Shown here in pieces: positions 1-24,370 of a stretch of DNA of 32,238 nucleotides (its first letter is position 1; every line of letters starts with the position of its first letter). The DNA is taken from assembly GCA_030141605.1 (NCBI GenBank), contig JAQGDQ010000799.1:1-32238 (forward strand), given 5' to 3'. The notes beneath the pieces are model-generated. The model saw nothing but the letters and a program-made list of their open reading frames with translations. It was not told the origin of the DNA and ran no database searches. The translations under genes were made by a program, and so were the position numbers. This DNA is from Tubiluchus corallicola (Eukaryota; Animalia; Priapulida).

Positions 1-2890
1 TTTTAGCGATGCTGTTCCTATGATAAAACCATTATATAATCTCATATCAACACACATGTAATGTCTCTTCCTATGAGTTGCTAAAGAATACACACACAAA
101 ACAGTTTTAGCGATGCTGTTCCTATGATAAAACCATTATATTATTTCATACCTAACACACATGTAATGTCTCTTCCTATGAGTTGCTAAGGAATACACAC
201 ACAAAACAGTTTTAGCGATGCTGTTCCTATGATAAAACCATTATATAATCTCATATCAACACACATGTAATGTCTGTTCCTATGAGTTGCTAAGGAATAC
301 ACACACAAAACAGTTTTAGCGATGCTGTTCCTATGATAAAACCATTATATAATCTCATATCAACACACATGTAATGTCTCTTCCTATGAGTTGCTAAAGA
401 ATACACACACAAAACAGTTTTAGCAATGCAGTTCCTAGGATAAAACCATTATATAATCTCATACTAACACACATGTAATGTCTGTTCCTATGAGTTGCTA
501 AAGAATACACACGCAAAACAGTTTTAGCGATGCAGTTCCTAAGATAAAACCATTATATAATCTCATATCAACACACATGTAATGTCTGTTCCTATGAGTT
601 GCTAAAGAATACACACGCAAAACAGTTTTAGCGATGCAGTTCCTATGATAAAACCATTATATAATCTCATACTAACACACATGTAATGTCTCTTCCTATG
701 AGTTGCTAAAGAATACACAAACAAAACAGTTTTAGCGATGAAGTTCTTAAGATAAAACCATTATATAATCTCATATCAACACACATGTAATGTCTCTTCC
801 TATGAGTTGCTAAAGAATACACACACACAAAACAGTTTTAGCGATGCAGTTCCTAAGATAAAACCATTATATAATCTCATTTCAACACACATGTAATGTC
901 TCTTCCTATGAGTTGCTAAAGAATACACACACAAAACAGTTTTAGCGATGCAGTTCCTATGATAAAACCATTATATAATCTCATACTAACACACATGTAA
1001 TGTCTCTTCCTATGAGTTGCTAAAGAATACACACACAAAACAGTTTTAGCGATGCAGTTCCTAAGATAAAACCATTATATAATCTCATACTAACACACAT
1101 GTAATGTCTGTTCCTATGAGTTGCTAAGGAATACACAAACAAAACAGTTTTAGCGATGCTGTTCCTATGATAAAACCATTATATAATCTCATATCAACAC
1201 ACATGTAATGTCTCTTCCTATGAGTTGCTAAAGAATACACACACAAAACAGTTTTAGCGATGCAGTTCCTATGATAAAACCATTATATAATCTCATATCA
1301 ACACATATGTAATGTCTCTTCCTATGAGTTGCTAAAGAATACACACACAAAACAGTTTTAGCAATGCAGTTCCTAGGATAAAACCATTATATAATCTCAT
1401 ACTAACACACATGTAATGTCTCTTCCTATGAGTTGCTAAAGAATACACACACAAAACAGTTTTAGCGATGCAGTTCCTAAGATAAAACCATTATATAATC
1501 TCATACTAACACACATGTAATGTCTCTTCCTATGAGTTGCTAAAGAATACACACACAAAACAGTTTTAGCGATGCAGTTCCTATGATAAAACCATTATAT
1601 AATCTCATATCAACACACATGTAATGTCTCTTCCTATGAGTTGCTAAAGAATACACACACAAAACAGTTTTAGCGATGCTGTTCCTATGATAAAACCATT
1701 ATATAATCTCATACTAACACACATGTAATGTCTGTTCCTATGAGTTGCTAAAGAATACACACGCAAAACAGTTTTAGCGATGCAGTTCCTATGATAAAAC
1801 CATTATATAATCTCATACTAACACACATGTAATGTCTCTTCCTATGAGTTGCTAAAGAATACACACACAAAACAGTTTTAGCGATGCTGTTCCTATGATA
1901 AAACCATTATATAATCTCATACTAACACACATGTAATGTCTCTTCCTATGAGTTGCTAAAGAATACACACACAAAACAGTTTTAGCGATGCTGTTCCTAT
2001 GATAAAACCATTATATAATCTCATACTAACACACATGTAACGTCTCTTCCTATGAGTTGCTAAAGAATACACACGCAAAACAGTTTTAGCGATGCTGTTC
2101 CTATGATAAAACCATTATATAATCTCATTTCAACACACATGTAATGTCTGTTCCTATGAGTTGCTAAGGAATACACAAACAAAACAGTTTTAGCGATGCT
2201 GTTCCTATGATAAAACCATTATATAATCTCATATCAACACACATGTAATGTCTCTTCCTATGAGTTGCTAAAGAATACACACACAAAACAGTTTTAGCAA
2301 TGCAGTTCCTAGGATAAAACCATTATATAATCTCATACTAACACACATGTAATGTCTCTTCCTATGAGTTGCTAAAGAATACACACACAAAACAGTTTTA
2401 GCGATGCAGTTCCTATGATAAAACCATTATATAATCTCATACTAACACACATGTAATGTCTCTTCCTATGAGTTGCTAAAGAATACACACACAAAACAGT
2501 TTTAGCGATGCAGTTCCTAAGATAAAACCATTATATAATCTCATACTAACACACATGTAATGTCTCTTCCTATGAGTTGCTAAAGAATACACACACAAAA
2601 CAGTTTTAGCGATGCAGTTCCTATGATAAAACCATTATATAATCTCATACTAACACACATGTAATGTCTCTTCCTATGAGTTGCTAAAGAATACACACAC
2701 AAAACAGTTTTAGCGATGCTGTTCCTATGATAAAACCATTATATAATCTCATATCAACACACATGTAATGTCTCTTCCTATGAGTTGCTAAAGAATACAC
2801 ACACAAAACAGTTTTAGCGATGCTGTTCCTATGATAAAACCATTATATAATCTCATACTAACACACATGTAATGTCTCTTCCTATGAGTT
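1..2890. repeat. Satellite array, 104-bp unit, about 28 copies visible, truncated by the window start
   Basis: TTTTAGCGATG recurs at 1, 105 and onward; copies are highly similar; each unit has two related halves (GATGCTGTTCCTATGA / AATGTCTCTTCCTATGA). Confidence 0.98.
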
Positions 2891-3479
2891 CTATAATCGT
2901 CCACAACAAACACCAGGGGATTCAAAACCAGTTAGCCTCAGCTGAAGAGGCAGTAATCCAATTCAGACAAACGATCAACTAGACTACTCAACAGTTTGGA
3001 TAATTTCCCAGCTTTCAACATAGAATTACGGTGAAATGAAAATTCTTAGAGTTTGATTCCATCGAAAGCAAATTTAAGCGGTCATCCAAACGGTCATTTT
3101 CGACCATTTTTTCCGGCATTTTCTGTTTTAAAACTTTTCAACTTGACGCTTCAGAAAAAAACAGGTGTTTCCCTACACATTAATTAACGACTTAAGCTAA
3201 TTACAAAAACAATCAAAATCTTGTTTTTAAATTTATCTTTTAAAACAATGTCTATGCCACGATGAAGTTCTCGATTTTGTTGCGTCTGTCAATTCCCTTC
3301 AAACGACGGCAGAAGAAAATTATAAATGAAGAAATGAACGAACGAATGCCTACGAACGAATAAAACTATTGATTAACTCCTTCAGAACTGCACCTCTCAA
3401 AATAGATCTTACAAGACCTAGGACTTTTCTGCTACTGTATGAGCACAGACATAACTAAATGATTGCAAGTTAGGTACTG

Positions 3480-3980
3480 TACTATTCAGGAGAATCTTGG
3501 CCAACCAATCATGCAATTTGTTTATACATTTACAAGTGATTTCATTGGATAAAATTAAGAAGAACATGCCCATTTTAGGCTCTCCAACTTGGTCTATCAA
3601 GTAGCTTAGTCTGGTGTATACTTGCGCAATCGTACACACTGATTTATTAATCGCCTGTTTACTACAGCCCAAGCTGTGCAGTGTTCTGCTGCTATTCCAG
3701 GAAAAACCAACTGATCAGGCCAGGGAGAAATTAAGGTCGTTTCATCTTTTAACAGGAATTTCTCATTAAAAATAGAGTAGACTTGATGCCAAAGCGTATC
3801 AGACTGTTGTGTCTGGATAGTTGGAAATTTCTACATTAGCTGATTTCACACAAGTGATGCTGTACATTGTTACAGTGCAAACGCTGCAGTTACTGAGATT
3901 TTTCCAATTTGTTCACCAAAAATCGGTTTTTAATTTATATAAGGCAAGCTAATGTATTTTGTATATAATTTTGCATGAAA
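3480..3980 (+). mobile_element. Dispersed repeat family F, copy 1 (unclassified; boundaries approximate)
   Basis: Clear diverged homology to the reverse complement of about 20750-21180 (e.g. TTGGATAAAATTAAGAA..GCCCATTTTAGGC, GTAGCTTAGTCTGGTGTA). Confidence 0.75.
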
Positions 3981-4291
3981 ATCCACTGTGCGAGGAATAG
4001 AAACCTACAAAAATTATGAAATATAACGTAATCGTTGCTTAGTGAGAGCAGCTTTTCATGAACCCGTGCAAAATGCAGCAAACGCTTACGATCCAGAATG
4101 AGGTAAGCAGCGTTTACCAGACACGTCGCTTAAATTGCCTTCACCCATGAGAACACATCGTAACTGCCCAGGCACACACACGCAAGCATACACGTGCACA
4201 CATGCAAATGCACACGCATAACAATACTCAACCACAAAAGCACAGATCCACACACACGCACGCACGCACTTCCTGGAGGAGTTGCCCCCAC

Positions 4292-17348
<13,057 letters not shown>

Positions 17349-17460
17349 GATGAATGCTTTGATCCGGTCCTCATTGGCATGTCACCTTACAGTACCTAAA
17401 AACAAAGGAGAACTATGATTTAAAATTATGTACAGTGAATTAAAGGAAAAATCAACCCTC

Positions 17461-18060
17461 GAACAACATTTAATATACACTTGAGCTACGACTTCATGTC
17501 CGCGTAATGCGTGATCCTTAATGCGCAATGCGTGATGTGTATTCAGGCAATAACCATCACGTTCGAGTGAATACGTATCACGTGAACATCATTTAATATA
17601 CACTTGAGCTACGACTCCATGTCCGCGTAATGAGTGATCCTTAATGCGTAACGCGTGATGCGTATTCAGACAATAACCATCACGTTCGAGTGAATACCTA
17701 TCACGTGAACATCATTTAATATACACTTGAGCTACGACTCCATGTCCGCGTAATGCGTGATCCTTAATGCGCAACGCGTGATGCGTATTCAGACAATAAC
17801 CATCACGTTCGAGTGAATACCTATCACGTGAACATCATTTAATATGCACTTAAGCTACGACTCCATGTCCGCGTAATGCGTGATCCTTAATGCGCAACGC
17901 GTGATGCGTATTCAGACAGTAGCCATCACGTTCGAGTGAATACCTATCACGTGAACATCATTTAATATACACTTGAGCTACGACTCCATGTCCGCATAAT
18001 GCGTAACGCGTGATGTGTATTCAGACAATAACCATCACGTTCGAGTGAATACGTATCACG
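17461..18060. repeat. 123-bp tandem repeat, about 5 copies, inside a TTAA-AGG-bounded element (17440-18173)
   Basis: Unit starts at 17461, 17584, 17707, 17830, 17953. Confidence 0.95.
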
Positions 18061-18345
18061 CATCACGCATTGCGGATTACGCATTACGTACACATGGAAA
18101 CTCTTCCACGTGTTTAAATATAAACTGTTATATATTCATCACTCATCATGTAGACATGGAATTGCACCTTTAAAAAAATTAAAATTACAAAAAAATGTGC
18201 ACAATGAAATGCTTTGCTTATTAAAAATGCAAAATAAATTCAAATCAATCCTATTTCCCGCCAAATGAACCTCGCTGCAGACCCGTGTACACCCACGATC
18301 TGCACTGAGTGCTTAAAATGTTATTGCTACGAAACCAGAACGTCT

Positions 18346-18560
18346 GACCAGATGGTTTACTCTAGTGGTAATGCGTCCGCCTTCCGCCTAGAAGGTCGTG
18401 AGTTCGACACAGAAGCCGGGTCAAACTAAATGGTACCTATTGTTGCCCTGCCTGGCATGTGGTATTTAAGGTAAAAGTGGGGTAATAATAGTCTAAACTG
18501 GGGTAATAATAGTCTCGATTATATAGGTGTAGATTTGTTATTTACAGTCGGTCCAAAAGC
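18346..18560 (+). mobile_element. Degenerate tRNA-derived SINE
   Basis: A-box-like TCTAGTGGTA, B-box-like GAGTTCGACAC at tRNA spacing, followed by AAATGGTACCTATTGTTGCCCTGCCTGGCA, which resembles invertebrate SINE central domains (from memory); no intact cloverleaf. Confidence 0.7.
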
Positions 18561-18563
18561 GAT

Positions 18564-19193
18564 GTCCTCTTCTGGTCAGGGAACTCACACACCCACAATC
18601 AAAGGTAACCTTCAAAAGCTGTCCTCTACTGGTCAGGGAATTCACATCCCCACAACCAACCGTAACCTTCGAAAGCTGTCCTCTACTGGTCAAGGAACTC
18701 ACATTCCCACAACCAACTGTAACCTTCGAAAGCTATGTCCTCTACTGGTCAGGGAACTCACATTCCCACAACCAACTGTAACCTTCAAAAGCTATGTTGG
18801 TCAGGGAACTCACATCCCCACAACCAACCGTAACCTTCAAAAGCTGTCCTCTACTGGTCAGGGAACTCACATCCCCACAAGCAACAGTAACCTTCAAAAG
18901 CTATGTTGGTCAGGGAACTCACATCCCCACAACCAACCGTAGCCTTCAAAAGCTATGTTGGTCAGGGAACTCACACTTTCACAATCAATCGTAACCTTCA
19001 AAAGCTGTCCTCTACTGGTCAGGGAACTCACACTCCCACAATCAATCGTAACCTTCAAAAGCTGTCCTCTACTGGTCAGGGAACTCACACCCCCACAATC
19101 AATCGTAACCTTCAAAAGTTATGTCCTCTACTGGTCAGGGAACCCATACCCCCACAATCAATCGTAACCTTCAAAAGTTATGTCCTCTACTGC
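18564..19193. repeat. About 57-bp minisatellite (52/57/59-bp variants), about 11 copies
   Basis: GGTCAGGGAACTCACA...GTAACCTTCAAAAGCT repeated. Confidence 0.97.
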
Positions 19194-20046
19194 TCACACC
19201 TCCACTTCCGGGCGTGAGCACCAGTTACAACGCAATACACAAGCACCAACCACACCTTAATTAACGGCACCACAGCAGAGCCCACAGCAAACACCCGCAC
19301 TCACGGTTTTTACATAGTCACCAGGTATGCACGATCACCACGAAGTCATGAGAAGCCATGTCGTCAATTATGACGAAATACGTCACTCTTTATTTCAGAA
19401 TCTTGATTCACCCAAGAACAAAAGGCAATTTACATCAGAAATAATCATAAACCAAACCACGGTAAGTAGCAAAACGTGCGTACATCGTACATTTTCATAG
19501 CAACACCAACAACCTGTCACGAATAACGACAACTACGACAAAAGTACTTCGAGATAACAAAGTGCATGGCTTCACTCTATCTTGAGCGTTTCTATTTTGC
19601 ACATAGATCATGAAACAAGCTTTTCAAATACTAGGTCGTTCCAAAGCTATTTTGAACACAGGCACACAGATAATTGGTATTTGCACGCGTGTAATATCTT
19701 TGTTTAAAAAGCTAACATCGTAGAACATTCGTTTACATATGCAAGGGTACTGCAAAGCTCGGTTTACAAAACACTGTAGAGACTGTACGTCAAACTTTAT
19801 AAACAAAATTTATAAGACATTGACATCGCACGGAGATTTTATCACTGCCCACAGGCTGTAGAAAGTATATATTATGGTTTAGAAAAACACTTCGGCATGC
19901 GGTGCTGTCCTTTCTACTTCCTGACCAGGCAGAACGCATGATCCACAGTTTAAATCAGAGCTTTTTTCAGAGCTGTTTCGACAAACAAGCGTTTAAAACA
20001 CTTATTTTTGTTTTGCTATCAGTTGTGATAGCAAAACACAGATTTA

Positions 20047-20166
20047 GACTACGGCCAAATCACGTTGAAAACACCGGTTCTCGTCTGATCACCGAACTTA
20101 AGCAACGTAGAGCCAGGTTAGTACTTGAATGGGTGACCGCCTAGGAATACCAGGTGCTGTAAGCTT
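20047..20166 (+). rRNA. 5S rRNA-derived sequence, full length (pseudogene or SINE head; probably not a functional 5S gene)
   Basis: 120-nt match to metazoan 5S (CACGTTGAAAACACCGGTTCTCGTC.GATCACCGAA.TTAAGC...GTTAGTACTTG.ATGGGTGACCGCCT.GGAATACC.GGTGCTGTA). It has substitutions in box A (AACTTAAGC) and box C (TGAATGG), is solitary, and has no oligo-T terminator. Confidence 0.9.
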
Positions 20167-20644
20167 GCCGGATGTCCACACTGTATCTCGACACTAGGCG
20201 GAGGAGCTGCACAAGCAGCCAATGGCTAGAGGGCGGAGGAGGTCAAGTGACCCAACGGAGAGGGGGTTCCTGTTGTCTGGGCAACTCAGGATCTCCATAC
20301 ACCTTGCCCAGGCGTGCGCCCTGGAGACGTTCAAGGATCGCACTGCTCAGCCACAGTCGACCTTGCAGCTCCATCAATGTGATCAATAACTGACTCTATT
20401 GGCGCACTCGGACGTCCCGAGACAGAAGGATGCTAACCACACCAGCGAGGAAGAGAGGGGTTCCTGTTGTCTGGGCAACTCACGCTCTCCACACACCTTG
20501 CCCAGGCGTGCGCCCTGGAGACGTTCAAGGATCGCACTGCTCAGCCACAGTCGACGCTGCAGCTCCATCAATGTGATCAATACCTGACTCTCTTGGCGCA
20601 CACTCAATTGTCTTCCGAGACAGAAGGATGCCAACCATCACAAC
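20047..20644 (+). mobile_element. Candidate 5S-derived SINE (SINE3) with duplicated RTE-type body/tail
   Basis: 5S head, about 90-bp GC-rich linker, then two about 190-bp copies (20258-20440, 20453-20640). Each copy encodes SRIALLSHSR(R/P)C then GGCGCAC...CCGAGACAGAAGGATGC(C/T)AAC, resembling RTE-clade LINE 3' ends. Confidence 0.72.
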
Positions 20645-20749
20645 TAAACTGAACGAATGCTAACTCCTTTCGGACCGCAAGCGTCGGTAATTCGATAATT
20701 TTTGTAGCTTTCTACTCCTCGCACAATGGACTTTCAGGCAAAATTTACA

Positions 20750-21180
20750 TGTATGAATTTGCTTACGTTACACAGCTTACAAAGCTATTCTTGACGGAAA
20801 AATTAAAATAAGCTTTCAGTAACTGCAGCATTTGCAATTATTACAATGTACAGTATCACTTTTGTGAAATCAGCTAATGCAGAAAATTTCAAGTGCTGTT
20901 AAAAACGACCTTAATTCGTCCTTAGCTGATTGGTTGTTTTTTCCTGGAAGAATTCTGTACAGAAGACAGTTCTCCTCGACTGCTGCAAGCTGTCGATCAA
21001 TAAATTAGTATGTACGATCACGCAAGTGTACACCAGACTAAGCTACTCAATAGGGTGAGTCAGAGTGCCTAAAATGGGCGTATTTTTCTTAATTTTATCC
21101 AATTAAATCATTTATAAATGTATAAACAAATACCATGATTTAACAGAACAGTACATGTTACCTAATCACATTGTTGTGTC
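20750..21180 (-). mobile_element. Family F dispersed repeat, copy 2 (boundaries approximate)
   Basis: Inverted homolog of about 3480-3980. Confidence 0.75.
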
Positions 21181-21185
21181 TGTAC

Positions 21186-21389
21186 TCATAATAATAATAG
21201 TCGTAGATAACAGTCTCTACAGATAATAATAATAGTAGTAGCAGTAGCTGTAGCTGCTGCTGTTGCTGTTGTTATCGTCATCGTCATCATCATCATCATC
21301 ACCAGCTGCTTCATCATCATCAGCAGCAACATCATCATCATCAACATCATTATCATCATCATCATCACCATCACCATCATCATCATCAT
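21186..21389. repeat. Compound trinucleotide microsatellite (ATA/GTA/GCT/GTT/CAT)
   Basis: Direct reading. Confidence 0.93.
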
Positions 21390-21545
21390 TTATTCTAACA
21401 TACATACTTAGAATAGACATGTACATGCAGTTCAATTAGTTAGTATATAAGCAGACAGATTAGCAAAAACAACAAAACATGTTACACAGTAAATTAATAC
21501 CAGAACTTCAAGCTACTAAATGCATTTTAGAACTTAGATACAATC

Positions 21546-21780
21546 TTAATGCACAAGAAAAACAACACCCTACATAACTAAAGCTTCGAAAAAATTCGTC
21601 TCGAAATTTTGCATCACTTACATGCTGTCTTATTGCGCACAGCGCTTGCAATAGCAGTAACGCTGTGTTAAACTTGTACATTTAAACACCCGCGATGACC
21701 ATCAGGCGCAGTCATTTTAACAGTGGTTTATACAACATTGCGTAAAGTTTGAAAAAATAATCAGAACATTCGTAGCGCAC
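21546..21780 (-). mobile_element. Family E copy
   Basis: Starts TTAATGCACAAG; inverted homolog of 14315-14610. Confidence 0.7.
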
Positions 21781-22765
21781 TCTTCGCCAACTAAGCAAAA
21801 GTTTAAATTACTTTATCTTGTCAATAAGATCAATAATGTTCTGTGAAGATGAATCAGTGGTGCACACTGGGATGGTGGTCCAGTGACGTTTATCAGGAAG
21901 CGTGAATATTTTAAATTCAAGGTACAAAAGTATTTTATTCAGGTAAGCGTAATGCTACGTGACATAACTTTGTATGAAAACACAGCTTAACATTGTCTTT
22001 TCTTCCTCTGATTTTGTTGTGCATATATGTAATGTCGCCATCGGAACACTATGGCAGGAGATTTAAAATTAAAATAAACAAAAATTCCTTTCAACGCGAG
22101 TACGATATATGCATAAAATTGCTGTAAAGTAATATAATTTTTAAAGCGATTTTTCTGAAACGGACTTCAGGTGTCCCTTTTATTGTCTAAAGTTTTTTTT
22201 CGCTGTTAATGACCTATCATACTGCCCAGACAGGCTTGAAAGTGATATCTGTATCCAACATGTTAATCACTAATAGTTAAAAAGGTGCCAGTTCTGCCAC
22301 AAACGACGCCTACAACTAAGCAGCAGCCTTTTCTTGCTCTTAAACAATATTTGTGTACATTCGTGCTTTTGTTTAACAGCTTTCCCTGAAGTACCTCAGT
22401 AAATGTTTGTGGAATTTGCTGACGTCGACTGCACTCAATCAAGAATGCCAACTACCATTATCATTATTCTCAACCGTTAATGTTCAGTCACGTTTCGAAA
22501 GCAATAACTTTTCTGCATTAGCAGCAACAGAACGCGATGGCCATTAAGCTAAATCGGAAAGAAGAAATGCTTTAAAGGAAAAGATAACACAAACTTAAAT
22601 CAGGTCATCGATCCAGCGGCATTCTCTTCAAATTGTTGCAGAACTACATAGAGTCTACTAAACGTTTTGCTAATTGACTGTACGTGTATATTGATTTGTA
22701 ACCTGAATTGTTTTGAATTTTGGGAATTTTGGACTCCTGTATTCAACACGAGTTATTGAGCAATC

Positions 22766-23386
22766 ATACTTTTGTATAACTAATATGATGATATACATTG
22801 ATAATCATTTCTGGCATTGCTTCTGTATTCTGTGAGCTTTTTATATTTCAATTTTAAGTGTTAACTAATGAATTACTTGTGTTTTTGAACTAACTATCTA
22901 TATTATATTACAAGAATATATTATAGTAATACTTTTGTATAACTAATAGCATGATGTACATTGATAACTGTTTCTGGTATTGCTTCTGTACTCTGTGAGC
23001 TTTGTATATTTCAATTTTAAGTGTTAACTAATGAAATACTTGTGTTTTTGAACTAACTATCTATATTATATTACAAGAATATATTATAGTAATACTTTTG
23101 TATAACTAATAGCATGATGTACATTGATAACTGTTTCTGGTATTGCTTCTGTACTCTGCGAGCTTTGTATATTTCAATTTTAAGTGTAAACTAATGAAAT
23201 ACTTGTGTTTTTTAACTAACTATCTATATTATATTACAAGAATATATTATAGTAATACTTTTGTATAACTAATAGCATGATGTACATTGATAACTGTTTC
23301 TGGTATTGCTTCTGTACTCTGTGAGCTTTGTATATTTCAATTTTAAGTGTTAACTAATGAATTACTTGTGTTTTTGAACTAACTAT
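22766..23386. repeat. About 163-bp AT-rich tandem repeat, about 3.8 copies
   Basis: ATACTTTTGTATAACTAAT at 22766, 22929, 23092 and about 23255. Confidence 0.96.
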
Positions 23387-23519
23387 GTATGTAACTGTAT
23401 TCTTGATAACCAGTTGTATATACCTGTTCTCAAGTAAAATGTATTTGTTGCACAGTGGAAAAACTCCGATCAGTAATATTACTGTATGTCAATCCACTTA
23501 AAATAAATAAAGTTTATAT

Positions 23520-24067
23520 ATAAGGGAAAGCACAATTCTGACTGAATGTTGAATTTATTTTACTGTTAACACTTAAAATATAACAGTGAAATTTGCAAAA
23601 AACTGTTTACAAAGCATAAAGATACTTTACACCATTGCTGCATAGAAATTTTCAAGCGAGGTGGTAGCTGCCATTGAATTGAAAATTATGACGTAACTGG
23701 TGGACTTCGTGACTTTACGTAACTGTATCGTAGCTTTCTGTATGCGCCCACTGTTTTAACTAATTCAAACTTGTGCAGTTTACCTAATGTTGAGGCAAAA
23801 ATACCACAAAATTAGCTATCTAATTATTTTGCAAAAGCTGTATATACGTTTGGTGAAGATTGACAGTGCGCTACTTTTCTTCAGGATGAATGACGTCATT
23901 GGAAGAAGAACAGGTGTTGAAAATCGGAGCGCCCAAGCATAAAGTGATCGCGACTTTAAAGTAATTTTACTAATTACACGAGACACTTGTCACACTTTCA
24001 TTACTAAATCCTTTTCCCAAACATTGAAATAAGCCTAACCTCCTAGAAGGGTTGATCTTTCCTTTAA
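23520..24067 (-). mobile_element. Family B TTAA-MITE, uninterrupted copy
   Basis: Inverted homolog of 14973-15430 plus 15989-16041; ends TTTCCTTTAA. Confidence 0.82.
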
Positions 24068-24255
24068 CTCGCTTAACTGACATGCAAAAACGTATTTCAC
24101 TGCACAAACAGAAAACTAATTAACTAAGATCTTTTTATGACAGGTTTAGAATTTCGTGGCATCAAATACAATCCTTTAATAAGCACCACAATGTTGAAAT
24201 GCTCCCAGCGAAAGAACGTAAAGGGTTAAACTGTTAAACCTTGCAAAGAAAAACA

Positions 24256-24345
24256 CAAATCAAGTCAAATCAAACTTTATTTAAAGTCGGGTTTTACATA
24301 AACATAGAAACACTAGCTTCTAAGAGCTATTACGCCAACTCATAT
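24256..24345 (-). mobile_element. 3' tail fragment of a CR1/L2-type LINE or dependent SINE
   Basis: Minus strand reads ...CCCGACTTTAAATAAAGTTTGATTTGACTTGATTTG: AATAAA followed by a pentamer tail. Confidence 0.5.
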
Positions 24346-24370
24346 TACAAAACGAATATACTGATATAAG

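Noticed and set aside
2891-4290. Next hexosaminidase exon (expected ...VxVW... segment)
   Set aside because: No minus-strand exon with a matching motif and splice sites was found; the 84-aa ORF at 3418-3672 lies in dispersed repeat F.
20047-20166. Functional 5S rRNA gene
   Set aside because: Solitary copy with box A and box C substitutions, a mismatched terminal helix (5' GACTAC vs 3' GTAAGC) and no T-run terminator; better explained as a pseudogene or SINE head.
20172-20652. Short ORFs as independent protein genes
   Set aside because: Only the last 15-20 codons resemble a LINE ORF C-terminus; there is no RT or endonuclease domain, so this is a non-coding remnant.
24064-24229. piggyBac-like MITE (…AAAGGGTTAA end)
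   Set aside because: Only one convincing terminus; the putative left TIR does not match and no second copy is in the window.
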